Shown here: positions 1 through 9,179 of the stretch, in pieces
How positions within the stretch are numbered: position 1 is the stretch's first letter
How the letters are laid out: every line of letters begins with the position of its first letter
Assembly: GCA_044356455.1 (NCBI GenBank)
Contig: JBIKWF010000083.1
Location: forward strand, 1 to 19,711
Reading direction: 5' to 3'
DNA from: Bdellovibrionota bacterium
GTDB lineage: Bacteria; Bdellovibrionota_C; UBA2361; JBGSMV01
Length of the DNA: 19,711 nt
The notes under the pieces: model-generated
Told to the model about the DNA's origin: nothing
Databases searched by the model: none
What the model saw: the letters and a program-made list of their open reading frames with translations, nothing else
Position numbers and translations under genes: made by a program

Positions 1-1374
1 CTACAACTCCACACTTTGGAGGTACCGCGGAACTTCAACCCGCCATCCAAACTTCTCCCGAAGGGTACTCGCGAAAGCCACTGATGAAGCTGGCTCCCCA
101 TGAACCACAAAGGCGCGCTTCGTTACCTGGACATTATTTCCGCACCAGCGCAGAAGCTCATTCTTATCCGCATGTCCACTAAAGCCCGCCATCTCCACCG
201 TCTGGGCCCGCACTTCAACGCCGCCCCCCGGTAGATCCAAGCGCGCAACGCCCTTTCTAAGTTGGTCGCCTTTCCCATCTTCCGGCTGATAGCCTAGCAG
301 CAACACTGAGTTCTCTGGTGCTGAGAGTCTGCGGCGCATGTGCCTAAGAATTCTGCCCCCTTCCATAAAGCCACTCGCAGAGATGATCACCATGGGCTCT
401 CGCAGATCATCTATCCAGCGCACATCCTGGGAATCTTGTACCAGATGCCGAAGAGAGGTCTGAAACGGGTCGTCTCCTGCTGCGAGTTCTCGGCCAATCT
501 CTTCTCGGCAGTCCTTTGCGTGTTCAAGATACGCATCGGTAGCCTTGAGTGCGAGCGGTGAATCAACAAAGACCGGCATCTCCGGGATACGCTTCGCTCG
601 TTCAAGGTCTCTAAGCAGTCGCATCAGGAGCTGTGTTTTTCCAGCCGCAAAGCAAGGAATTACCGTGACTCCTCCCCTACGGTGGATCTCTGTCAGCACG
701 GCGCTTAACTGAGCGCCAAGCTCCTCTTGGGGATGAACCGCAGCTCCATAGGTTGATTCAATAATGAGGGTCTCGCCAAGCGGGACCGAAACAGGATCGG
801 GGTGAAGCGGAATGCCGTACCGGCCCACATCACCAGAGAACGTGATGGTCGTCCCACCTATCTCAAGAAAAATCGAAGCTGCCCCAAGCAAATGCCCGAC
901 GGGATTCCAGGTCGCATAAATCCCTTTGGCAACCTCGGTGCGCACGCCGAAGTGAGCAGGCTCATAATGATGCATTAGCCGAGATAGGAGGGTGCGACAA
1001 ACGACGTCCCGAGGCGTATCAGGATCGAGGCGCGGAATACGAAGGCTCCCGTCCCGAAGCTGGAGACCAATACTATTTCCCAGAAGGACTTCCATAAGCC
1101 CTTGAGTGCCAAAGGTGCCCCAAATTTCACAAGGCAACCCATCAACAAAAAGCCGAGGAAGAAGACCTACGTGGTCAATATGTGCGTGAGTGACAAGGAC
1201 CGCATCGAGCTGGTCGCTCTCAATGGGGAGCAGATCAAGGTTTCGTCCCGAGGCAGCATCCGCGCCCTGAAAGATTCCGCAGTCAACGAGGATATTCTGA
1301 TTATTAGACTGAAGTAGGTAACGGGAGCCCGTGACGCATCCTGCGGCTCCACAAAAAGTGAGTTTTACTGTCAC
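1..1374 (-). CDS. MBL-fold metallo-hydrolase / beta-CASP ribonuclease (YSH1/TTHA0252-like, with RNA-specificity domain)
   Basis: 457 aa. Motifs LVDCG, THAHIDH (HxHxDH), GHLLG, SGDVGR, ESTYG, DSPLA, SASG..EGGRI, GYQ, FSGHAD, VHGE. GTG start with AAGGA 7 nt upstream; TAG stop at 1-3. Confidence 0.93.
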   Translation of the reverse strand: MTVKLTFCGAAGCVTGSRYLLQSNNQNILVDCGIFQGADAASGRNLDLLPIESDQLDAVLVTHAHIDHVGLLPRLFVDGLPCEIWGTFGTQGLMEVLLGNSIGLQLRDGSLRIPRLDPDTPRDVVCRTLLSRLMHHYEPAHFGVRTEVAKGIYATWNPVGHLLGAASIFLEIGGTTITFSGDVGRYGIPLHPDPVSVPLGETLIIESTYGAAVHPQEELGAQLSAVLTEIHRRGGVTVIPCFAAGKTQLLMRLLRDLERAKRIPEMPVFVDSPLALKATDAYLEHAKDCREEIGRELAAGDDPFQTSLRHLVQDSQDVRWIDDLREPMVIISASGFMEGGRILRHMRRRLSAPENSVLLLGYQPEDGKGDQLRKGVARLDLPGGGVEVRAQTVEMAGFSGHADKNELLRWCGNNVQVTKRAFVVHGEPASSVAFASTLREKFGWRVEVPRYLQSVEL

Positions 1375-1460
1375 TACATTATCCTTGCCTGAGACGTTAC
1401 TCGCCTCTGCAGCTTATTATTCCCATATCCGCGGCACTCGGGAATAGGCTCTCGTGACTA

Positions 1461-1595
1461 CTAGGGTACCTCTGAAAAACTCACCTCTGTGTACCTCTGA
1501 GCCCTCTGTGGTGAAATTTTCATGAAGAAATTCACCACAGAGGACACGGAGGTACACAGAGGTCTAAGAATGAAGGTCTTTAAGAGGTTACCTAG
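1461..1595. mobile_element. MITE-like element, family I (copy A)
   Basis: Ends CTAGGGTACCTCTGAAAAAC ... GGTCTTTAAGAGGTTACCTAG form imperfect terminal inverted repeats bounded by CTAG. Internal hairpin 1483-1563 of mirrored ~9-bp units. Lies 11 bp after the mgtE stop. Confidence 0.75.
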
Positions 1596-1606
1596 GAAGA
1601 ACCCAC

Positions 1607-2806
1607 CTAAAGAACAAGCAAAGTAGCTAGCCCAAGAAGCATCCCCATGCTTGCAACATCAGTAGCAGTAGTTAGAAAAATGCTAGACGCAGTCGCTGGG
1701 TCGAATCCCAGGCGTTTAAGTGCCACGGGCACGAGCACGCCGGAGATACCACTAATAATGCAGCTTCCCATCATGGCAAAAACTACTACGATACTAAGCA
1801 CTGATGCCGCTGGGTTCTCCTCTCGAGTAGCCATGAAATACATTCCGCCGCCCGCGACAAGACCAACAAACAATCCGTTCAAAAGCCCCAGCATCGCTTC
1901 TTTTCTGAGAAGCTTGAGGAGAAAGCCCGGTTTATAATCACCAAGAGTAATGCCGCGTATAGTGACCGCAAGTGCCTGGCACCCCGTATTGCCTGACTGC
2001 CCCGCAAGCACGGGGAGAAACGCCGCGAGTATCACCAATTTATCAATAGTGTCCTGAAATCCGCTTACGACGGCGCCCGCAACAAAGGCCGTCAAAAGAT
2101 TAATCTGAAGCCAGGGGTGCCGAAGCTTAAAGCTCCGCCACCATTCGGTAGCAAGGCGTTCCTCTTTTTCCACACCCACCATGGTTCCAGGCTGGGCGCT
2201 AATTTCTACTGCCTGAGCCTCAAAAAGCCTAAACCCACGCACCACGCCTAGTAGGCGACTCTCCCCATCCACCACGGGATACACGGGGAAATGCCGAGTT
2301 ACCACTTGGCGCATGGCGTCTTGAAGTTCTGTGGTAGGAGAGAGTGCAAACGGGTTGCGCACTACAATTTGTGCAAGCGGCGTATCAGGCGCGGCGAAGA
2401 GGAGCTCGCGCATGACCAGCACGCCCACCAAGCGCTTATCAGAGTCCAGCACAAACCCGTAGGTCACGAACTCACGGTGCACCATTTCACGAAGCAACTG
2501 GATAGCTTCACTGGCCCGCATGGTTTCGGGAAACACCGCTTCGGTAGGATCCATGAAACGCCCCACCGAGCGCTCGGGGTACTGCTCGTTCGCTTCCCAC
2601 TGGAGCCTTAGCGGCAAGGGGAGAGTCCCCAAGGTCAAGGCTCTCTCCTCAGGCTCGGCTCCCTCCAGCAAGGCAAGGGTGCGGGCCGAGCCCAGTTGCT
2701 GCAAGACCTTACCGCAGAGATCGGCACCAAGGACTTTAAGTTCCCGGCGCGCTTCAAGCGGAGACATGCCCTCAAGCTGTCTCGCGATTTCTTGTACCTG
2801 CTCCAC
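1607..2806 (-). CDS. mgtE: Magnesium transporter MgtE (CBS pair plus MgtE membrane domain)
   Basis: YPERSVGRFM, two CBS repeats, RHPWLQINL, FLPVLAGQSGNTGCQ, DPATASSIFLTTATDV. GTG start with AAGGA upstream. N-terminal domain is short. Confidence 0.93.
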   Translation of the reverse strand: MEQVQEIARQLEGMSPLEARRELKVLGADLCGKVLQQLGSARTLALLEGAEPEERALTLGTLPLPLRLQWEANEQYPERSVGRFMDPTEAVFPETMRASEAIQLLREMVHREFVTYGFVLDSDKRLVGVLVMRELLFAAPDTPLAQIVVRNPFALSPTTELQDAMRQVVTRHFPVYPVVDGESRLLGVVRGFRLFEAQAVEISAQPGTMVGVEKEERLATEWWRSFKLRHPWLQINLLTAFVAGAVVSGFQDTIDKLVILAAFLPVLAGQSGNTGCQALAVTIRGITLGDYKPGFLLKLLRKEAMLGLLNGLFVGLVAGGGMYFMATREENPAASVLSIVVVFAMMGSCIISGISGVLVPVALKRLGFDPATASSIFLTTATDVASMGMLLGLATLLVL

Positions 2807-2911
2807 TGTTTCCTTTCGCCGCTGTGTTCCCTCTGTGCTCCCACACCTCCGCGTTCTTAGGGCATCAGAATGTTTTCACCACAAAGGACACAAGGGAATA
2901 CTTTGAAATTG

Positions 2912-3047
2912 CTAGGGAACCTTTTAAAAACCTCGATTTTTATCTCTTCTCTCTGTGATCTCTGTGTCCTCTGTGGTTTTTCAACAATTTAAATCAACCA
3001 CAGAGGGCACAGAGTTCACAGAGTGGGCTTTTTCAGAAGTTCTCTAG
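2912..3047. mobile_element. MITE-like element, family I (copy B)
   Basis: CTAGGGAACCTTTTAAAAAC ... CTTTTTCAGAAGTTCTCTAG with an internal CTCTGTGGT...ACCACAGAG hairpin. Abuts the ftsY stop codon (3048-3050). Confidence 0.8.
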
Positions 3048-4601
3048 TTATGCGCTCCGTCTTCGCCGCCTCTGCTCCCCATGCTCAGAGACGAGAAGCG
3101 GCACAACATTTGAAGCATCGTCTTCTGAACGTTCAAAAAGAGCTTCCACAAATTCTGACGCATCAAAGATGCGAAGATCTGCAGGCGACTCCCCTACTCC
3201 GATATAACGCACAGGAATCCCGAATTCATTTTTTATTGCGACCACAACACCGCCCTTGGGAGTGCCGTCAAGCTTGGTGACGACAAGACCAGTGAGCGAT
3301 ACCGCCTCATGGAATTCGCGCGCCTGATTTATCGCGTTCTGGCCGGTGGAGCCGTCTACAACAAGTATTGTCTCATGCGGGGCCCCAGGCTGATGGCGCT
3401 CAATTGCGCCGCGGATCCCGCCCAGCTCTTGCATGAGATTTGCCTTGGTCTGAAGACGACCAGCGGTGTCGATAATGATGACATCGAATTCCTCTGTGGC
3501 AGCTCGCTGCATGGCCTCAAAAACCACGGTGGCAGGCTTGGCCCCATCCGCGCCCGTCACGACGGGCACCTTAAGGCGCGAAGCCCACTCAGAGAGCTGC
3601 GCTACGGCAGCCGCACGGAAGGTATCCGCCGCGACAAGCAAAACGCGCGCCCCTTGGGCTTTCCATTGATGCGCAAGCTTTGCCACGGTCGTAGTTTTTC
3701 CCACGCCATTAACACCCACCACGAGAACCACCTTTGGTCCATTATCTACGCGGGAGGGAGAAATCGCCGTACTCCCTGTCACGTCCTTCTCCAGAAGCTC
3801 GCGCAGCTTCCCCTTAAGCATCAAGGTAAAGCCCTCTTCGCTCACCTCTTGCCCCCTTTCTAGAGATGACTGTATCTCGGAAAGAAGCCCCTCGACTGTT
3901 TTCGCACCAAGGTCGGCACTAATGAGGAGAGCTCTAAGCTCTTCCACCATTTCTGCGTCAAGCTTCGGCTTTCCAAGAAAAACTGAGCGGAGCTTTTCAA
4001 AAATGCCCTTCCTCGTTGATTTGAGGCGAGAAGAAAGTGAGGCGGGGGCTTGAGAGGAAACCTCCTCAGAGGAAATTACGCTTTGCTCCTGTAATGTCAC
4101 CACCGACTGGGTTTCGCGAGAAACAATCCCAGAAGTAGCAGCGGAGGGTTCACCTTGCGCGCCAGAGCGAGAGATACTCGCATCTACCTCAGTAACTGAC
4201 CCTTTACCGGGTCCGTCAGACGGGCCAATCGGAGCAGGACCCGTGGGAGGCGCGAGCTTCAAGGCCCGCTCAATCGCTGCAAGTGAGGCCTGATTGCGCT
4301 CAACCTGGGATTTGAGAATTTCAGCAGCACGCAAGGTTTCGGAGCGAAACTCGCTCAGGGTCCTATCGAGGCGCTCAATCTTTCCACCGAGGGGATAGCT
4401 TGCTGCCTGGTCAGCAATACCACCCGGAGCATTCTTGCGGCTTTCGCCTTGGGAAGGAGAACGGAAAGCAGCTCTCAGCGCAGCGAGAGCCCCCACCGTG
4501 GTCACGGCAAGTAGCAGCGCCAAAAGGTCTGCTACAGGATCGCCAGTCGAAATATTGGCTAACAAGGTATCAACTCCATTACCTAGAAAACTGCTCTGCA
4601 T
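3048..4601 (-). CDS. ftsY: Signal recognition particle receptor FtsY with N-terminal membrane anchor
   Basis: GVNGVGKTTT, AADTFRAAA, DTAGR, DGSTGQN, TKLDGTPKGG, GVGE motifs. ATG at 4601 preferred over 4628 because AAGGAG lies 6 nt upstream. Confidence 0.96.
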   Translation of the reverse strand: MQSSFLGNGVDTLLANISTGDPVADLLALLLAVTTVGALAALRAAFRSPSQGESRKNAPGGIADQAASYPLGGKIERLDRTLSEFRSETLRAAEILKSQVERNQASLAAIERALKLAPPTGPAPIGPSDGPGKGSVTEVDASISRSGAQGEPSAATSGIVSRETQSVVTLQEQSVISSEEVSSQAPASLSSRLKSTRKGIFEKLRSVFLGKPKLDAEMVEELRALLISADLGAKTVEGLLSEIQSSLERGQEVSEEGFTLMLKGKLRELLEKDVTGSTAISPSRVDNGPKVVLVVGVNGVGKTTTVAKLAHQWKAQGARVLLVAADTFRAAAVAQLSEWASRLKVPVVTGADGAKPATVVFEAMQRAATEEFDVIIIDTAGRLQTKANLMQELGGIRGAIERHQPGAPHETILVVDGSTGQNAINQAREFHEAVSLTGLVVTKLDGTPKGGVVVAIKNEFGIPVRYIGVGESPADLRIFDASEFVEALFERSEDDASNVVPLLVSEHGEQRRRRRSA

Positions 4602-4715
4602 AGGATGCTCCTTTGGCTTGAGGCCCATGGGAAGGGCTAGCTTGTACCCTACCTCAAAAGGTTGGGGAAGGTCACGGCCTTAGCATGGGATTGAGGCCTC
4701 TTTGCGGGTCTTTAT

Positions 4716-4871
4716 CTAGCGTGGTGATTTGCAAATTCTCTCAAGGATTGTAGGGCTATTTTAACGCGAAGGACACGAAGGTCGCGAAGGTAACCATTCG
4801 AATTCCTTCGCGACCTTCGTGTCCTTCGCGTTATTTAGGTTTTTCACAGAACTTCTAAATTACGACACTAG
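4716..4871. mobile_element. MITE-like element, family II (copy C), with perfect 29-bp hairpin
   Basis: Left end CTAGCGTGGTGATTTGCAAATTCT matches the reverse complement of the right end (CTAGTGTCGTAATTTAGAAGTTCT) at 18/24. Perfect stem 4762-4790/4805-4833. Shares CTAG 4868-4871 with copy D. Confidence 0.65.
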
Positions 4872-5003
4872 GGAACCTATGAAAAAGTCTGCTCTGTGAA
4901 CTTTGTGCTCTTCGTGGTTGATTTAAATTGTTAAAAAACCACAGAGGAGACAGAGGACACAGAGAAAAAAATAAAATATCGAGGTTCTTCAGAGCCTCCC
5001 TAG
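4868..5003. mobile_element. MITE-like element, family I (copy D), inverted relative to copy B
   Basis: CTAGGGAACCTATGAAAAAG ... GTTCTTCAGAGCCTCCCTAG. 136 bp, about 82% ungapped identity to the reverse complement of 2912-3047 (hand count of 25 mismatches). Confidence 0.8.
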
Positions 5004-5119
5004 GAGCTCGCACCTAAAACTCGGGCTCTTGGCACCCTCCCCGAGAATCACGATACTGCTGAGACTCTGAAGAGCCCTAAGATTGGTAAATTCCCTAGGC
5101 AGATAAAAGAGGACACCCA

Positions 5120-6487
5120 GTGACCTATCCCTCTCGAACCATATTGGCCCTCAACAAAACCTACCTGGTAGAAGAACTCAGAGCGCTAGGCCACACGGTA
5201 TATACGGCTGCCATCCCTCAAAGTTTTTCTCGCTCTCACTACGAACTCACGTCCCAGCGCATGTTTGATTTGCCCTTTGAGCAGGGGATAGAACTTAACT
5301 CGCTCCTTAGCCGCTTTCCGCCCACCCCTAGAATTGACACCTTGCTGTACTTTGACGACAGCGCCCCTACTCTGCATGTGCGCGGACTTGCCGAGGCAAG
5401 CATCACTTCTATCTTTCTCTCAGTAGATGCTCACCTGCATGCCCTTTGGCACCCTGTCCTAACGGGGATGTTCGACTACGCACTGGTTGCCCAAAAAGAT
5501 TACCTGCCTCTTTTTGAAGCTCACGCTCCCCGCGCGTCCTGGCTTCCTCTCTGGGCCACACGTGAAGTTCCAACCGAACCGACGAAAACAATCGACGTGT
5601 GCTTTCGTGGAGCTCTGGACAAAAATCTTAGACCAAAACGTGTGGCTTTTCTCGAAGAACTCTCGAACTACGTTTCTCTCGATTCAAAGTGGGAAGACTA
5701 TACCATCGGTTTTCCTAAGGCGCGCATCGCGGTGAACGAGTCTCTGCAAAGCGATTTGAATTTCCGAGTTTTTGAGACCCTCATGTGCGGGGCGTTGCTT
5801 CTTACCCCGCGTATTGGAAATGGACTTCTTGAGCTTTTTAAGGATGGGGTGCACCTCGTAACTTACGAGGAAGGCAACGCCAAGGATGCGGGGGAAAAGA
5901 TCCGCTATTACTTGGAACACGAGGAAGAACGAGCGCGCATTGCCGCTGCCGGTAGAGCAGAAGTGCTTGCAAATCATACGGGACGTTCTCGCGCAGCGTC
6001 CCTACATAGCCTCCTTGAAGCCGCGGCTCCCGGTCCTCGCCCTCACGCCACACGCGCACGGGCCGCCCAAGGACTGCTCGACGCGTCCCTCGCCCTTGGA
6101 AAACTCTCAAAAGAAGTCGATCAAAATTTGATCACCTGCGCTGAGCTCATACCCTCGGCCCGCAGTTTCGGCGCAGAAGTCAACTCGGGCCTAGACTCTG
6201 GGCTCTCGTCATTAGCAGTTATGTGTCTTACGCTCCTCGAAGACCGTGGCCTATCCGCCGTGAGCACGAACCTCATCAGTCGCCTTTTTGGAGAGCATCC
6301 CCAAGAGAGAAACCTGCTCCTCACGCTTATAGGACTGCTCGAGAAACAAGGGAAAACAGAGCAAGCAGCCCAAGTCGCCGCCGCCTTTAGCGCAAATGGC
6401 GCCGCGCTGCTTCAGGAGGCGCGCGGGTACCAAGCAACGCTCGAAGAATCAACTATGCAACTTCGATCGGTTCTGGCAAAGATGTGA
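5120..6487 (+). CDS. Glycosyltransferase, CgeB/YkvP-like (GT-B, Glyco_trans_1_2 type) with helical C-terminal extension
   Basis: WLPLWA, DVCFRG, N..DLNFRVFETLMCGALLLT, LF.DG.HLVTY, YYLEHEEERARIAAAGRAEVLANHT..RA. GTG start with AGAGGA upstream. Confidence 0.82.
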   Translation: MTYPSRTILALNKTYLVEELRALGHTVYTAAIPQSFSRSHYELTSQRMFDLPFEQGIELNSLLSRFPPTPRIDTLLYFDDSAPTLHVRGLAEASITSIFLSVDAHLHALWHPVLTGMFDYALVAQKDYLPLFEAHAPRASWLPLWATREVPTEPTKTIDVCFRGALDKNLRPKRVAFLEELSNYVSLDSKWEDYTIGFPKARIAVNESLQSDLNFRVFETLMCGALLLTPRIGNGLLELFKDGVHLVTYEEGNAKDAGEKIRYYLEHEEERARIAAAGRAEVLANHTGRSRAASLHSLLEAAAPGPRPHATRARAAQGLLDASLALGKLSKEVDQNLITCAELIPSARSFGAEVNSGLDSGLSSLAVMCLTLLEDRGLSAVSTNLISRLFGEHPQERNLLLTLIGLLEKQGKTEQAAQVAAAFSANGAALLQEARGYQATLEESTMQLRSVLAKM

Positions 6488-6510
6488 CGGTTTTGGGAGC
6501 TGCTTCGACA

Positions 6511-6638
6511 ATCATGAGCCGCTGAAAAACTTCCCCTCCGCGTTATTCAATAGTTTTCAAATAACGCGGAGGACGCTGAGTACGCGGAGGAAAAAACGAC
6601 TAAAAATTCCTTTTCGCGGTTTTTCAGAGGTTCCTTAA
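6511..6638. mobile_element. MITE-like element, family I (copy E, degenerate left end)
   Basis: GAGCCGCTGAAAAAC ... GTTTTTCAGAGGTTCCTTAA. Internal CCTCCGCGTTA...TAACGCGGAGG-ACGCTGAGT-ACGCGGAGG. Confidence 0.65.
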
Positions 6639-6653
6639 CGAACAAGGATTCGC

Positions 6654-7574
6654 ATGAATGATTCTATCTCGACTACAAGTAGCGCCTTAAGCGAAGGCAT
6701 GAATGAGACGGTGATCCCTGGCCACCTCACCTATCTCAGCGCCGAAGGCGGCCTGCCAAAAGCTCAGCTTCGAGATAACTCTGGCCATCAGGTCGAACTA
6801 TTTCTCTTTGGTGCTACCATTACATCTTGGAAGTCCCCTCAAGCTGAGGAGCTTCTTTATCTAAGTCCGCGCACTGACTTCTCGGGGACGAAACCACTAC
6901 GCGGCGGTATCCCGCTCGTTTTTCCCCAGTTCTCGGGGCTTGGGCCTCTGCCCTCGCATGGGTTTGCACGCACCAGTACTTGGGTTCCTAAAAGTAGCGG
7001 GGTCCTTCCAAGCGGCGACATTGCCCTTATTCTTGGCCTTTCAAGCGCAGGATCGTCAGCAGCCTTATGGCCCTACCCTTTTGAAATCGAACTCATCGTT
7101 GAGTTATCGACAAAACTCAAAACAAGCATGCGCGTTACCAACAAAGGAGAAAAAGAGTTTTCCTTCCATAACGCGTTTCACACCTATTTTGCGCTGAGTG
7201 ACATCACTAAAGTTGAGGTCTCTCCCCTGCGGGATCTTACCTATCTTGATAATACGGCCAAACGCACGCCACGAAGAGAAGTGCAGGATGTCGTTACCAT
7301 TTCTTTAGAAACCGACCGCGTCTATGTGGACGCGCCGAACGAAGTAGTAATTCGAGACAACGGCCTAGGGAGATCTCTTGTCATCGAGAAGCACAACCTG
7401 CGTGATTGCGTGATCTGGAACCCCTGGGAAGAGCGTTGCAAGGCGATTGGAGATCTTCCCGCTGACGCCTATCAGAAATTCATCTGCGCAGAGCCGGCGA
7501 ACGCCTCAGAGGCGGTTACGCTCGCTGCAGGCGCGACGTGGGAATGCTGGCAGAAGCTTTCGTACCGCGAATAG
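6654..7574 (+). CDS. D-hexose-6-phosphate mutarotase (aldose 1-epimerase family, YeaD-like)
   Basis: GATITSW, RGGIPLVFPQF, HGFAR..W, WPYPF, FHTYF, ETDRVY, WNPW, FICAEP. Confidence 0.93.
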   Translation: MNDSISTTSSALSEGMNETVIPGHLTYLSAEGGLPKAQLRDNSGHQVELFLFGATITSWKSPQAEELLYLSPRTDFSGTKPLRGGIPLVFPQFSGLGPLPSHGFARTSTWVPKSSGVLPSGDIALILGLSSAGSSAALWPYPFEIELIVELSTKLKTSMRVTNKGEKEFSFHNAFHTYFALSDITKVEVSPLRDLTYLDNTAKRTPRREVQDVVTISLETDRVYVDAPNEVVIRDNGLGRSLVIEKHNLRDCVIWNPWEERCKAIGDLPADAYQKFICAEPANASEAVTLAAGATWECWQKLSYRE

Positions 7575-7704
7575 TTCAGAATGCTTTAGAGAGAAGCGGC
7601 CGAGGGCCAGAGGTCACAGAGAGAGAAACCTCCTTCCCTAACCCTTATATCTCACGGGCCCCCTTCGGGTCCTTGAGACATAACAGCCAGATGCTTCGCC
7701 CAGG

Positions 7705-7856
7705 GGCAGGTCTCGCTGTCCTCAGCGAGCCGCAACAACTACTGCGTGTTCTCCGCTGCTGGTGTTGGTGATTTCGAAAAGAGCGGTGGGAGAAAGGAAC
7801 GTAGCACGTGCTGAGCCGAGAGATCTTGCGGCACCCTGGGGACAGGGCGCCCTACC
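7705..7856. repeat. Inverted pair of GTAG-family REP elements (REPIN-like)
   Basis: 7705-7735 GGCAGGTCTCGCTGTCCTCAGCGAGCCGCAA versus reverse complement of 7826-7856 GGTAGGGCGCCCTGTCCCCAGGGTGCCGCAA: 24/31 identical. Each is G(T/C)AG followed by a palindrome. Confidence 0.7.
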
Positions 7857-7886
7857 CATTGGCGTGAATGTTTTGGCGCGTTGGGA

Positions 7887-7960
7887 CTCTGTGGTGAATT
7901 TCTCGATGAGAATTTCACCGCAGAGGACACAGAGGGCTGAGTTTCTCAGGAATTCCCTAG
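7887..7960. mobile_element. Truncated MITE-like element, family I (copy G)
   Basis: CTCTGTGGTGAATTTCTCGATGAGAATTTCACCGCAGAGGACACAGAGGG...GAGTTTCTCAGGAATTCCCTAG resembles the reverse complement of copy A. One end is missing. Confidence 0.65.
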
Positions 7961-7969
7961 GGCACGGCA

Positions 7970-8238
7970 CTAGGAGTCTGTCCCATAGAAAAATTCTACC
8001 ACTACATGCTGTGGTGGCAACGGAACAGCCCACCTAGCCCCTATTGCTCATACGCCCTACAAGGCTCGAAACTCCCTAGAGTGCCACAAGTAGTCCCTTC
8101 CGCGGCAATCTCCTCGAATAGGGGCTCAGCGCGCCTTTTCATTTCGCATGTTTCGGCGCGACCGAACTGCCGCGTGAAAAGGCGGCTACGGATTGTGTCC
8201 AAAATGAGGATTTGTGTTTCTACGGGACACACTCCTAG
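7970..8238. mobile_element. MITE-like element, family III (copy H, 269 bp)
   Basis: Terminal inverted repeat CTAGGAGTCTGTCCCATAGAAA / TTTCTACGGGACACACTCCTAG (20/22). 8006-8240 is the reverse complement of 10815-11049 with 9 mismatches. Confidence 0.85.
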
Positions 8239-9029
8239 CTGTCGGGGAGCTGCTTTCGGAAAATGACTGGCCCCGTCACCGGAGGATCCTGCCGGAGCGA
8301 GTCGCCTGGAGCATTGATCTTTTCACCCATGAACCAGAGACCACGCCCCCACCTCTTCTCAAGAAGTTGGGTAGCTTCATCTGTCTTCCCTTGCTCAAAA
8401 AGCCTATCAATGAGGGCCGATTCATCCCTTGCAGCCTGCCTGGCTTTTTCTAAGTCGAATTCACGCGGAGCTCCAACAGATACCTCAAAATAAGGCCGCC
8501 CTTCACCATCGGTGCCCGTGCGTATCGATAACGAGAGCGGGCGATGTGGGCCGTTTTCTTTGATACGCTCAAAAAGGAGCTCCTGGATCTCAAAGCGCTT
8601 CGATTCAGGATCCACATCGCTTCCGTACAGCTCTTTAATCATCGCAGCCTCGGCAGTGAGCGCGAATTTGTCCTTCGAACTAAGTCCAAGAACACCGTGG
8701 TAGAGCTCATTCGCGGTGAGCTCTGTAACCACCCAGCCAAGGAGCTGCTTGACGTGGGCATCAAAATACTGATCTCCCCCCGTCACGCTGCGAAAATACT
8801 CCTGGACGTACTTGATGGCGGAGCTACTGAGAGAGCCGCGTAGACGGTCGATTTCCTCAAACCCAACATAGGGGTCTGGCAAATCTTTATGGTTAACCCT
8901 GAATTCCGCATCCAGGTGAAGATCTGAGGCGCGAGAGCCAAATGGCATTGAAACTTTTGCCGTGAGCTCGGCGAATTCTCGCGTCGGCTCTGCTCCTTCA
9001 GTTACTGAGGTGACAAGCTGGGACATCAA
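8235..9029 (-). CDS. Hypothetical protein with divergent HATPase_c (RsbW/anti-sigma-like) ATP-binding fold
   Basis: N-box-like ELTANELYHG(VLGLSS), ...REFD..., G2-like WGRGLWFM. The Asp of the DxGxG box is not evident. Start codon uncertain. Confidence 0.55.
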   Translation of the reverse strand: MMSQLVTSVTEGAEPTREFAELTAKVSMPFGSRASDLHLDAEFRVNHKDLPDPYVGFEEIDRLRGSLSSSAIKYVQEYFRSVTGGDQYFDAHVKQLLGWVVTELTANELYHGVLGLSSKDKFALTAEAAMIKELYGSDVDPESKRFEIQELLFERIKENGPHRPLSLSIRTGTDGEGRPYFEVSVGAPREFDLEKARQAARDESALIDRLFEQGKTDEATQLLEKRWGRGLWFMGEKINAPGDSLRQDPPVTGPVIFRKQLPDS

Positions 9030-9179
9030 AACCCACGGTTTAATTTGTTAACAGTTTATTCACTCCTCAAGGGCTAACGAAAGAAATCGAACCCTCATTC
9101 TCTTAATAGCACTAAGCTCTCTAACTGATTGAATTTATCTATCCGAAGTTCCAGCGGTAGTAACGCGTCGGAATTTTTC

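Noticed and set aside
5120..6487. Glycosyltransferase as a flagellin glycosylation enzyme
   Set aside because: It lies 13 kb from the flagellin in a separate transcription unit, and nothing in the sequence indicates its substrate.
8006..8266. ORFs 8006-8266 (+), 8041-8232 (-) and the matching part of 10432-11100 (-) as a duplicated small protein
   Set aside because: The shared translation follows from the 96% identical DNA repeat. No recognisable motif or RBS, and 10432-11100 overlaps the XRE gene antisense.
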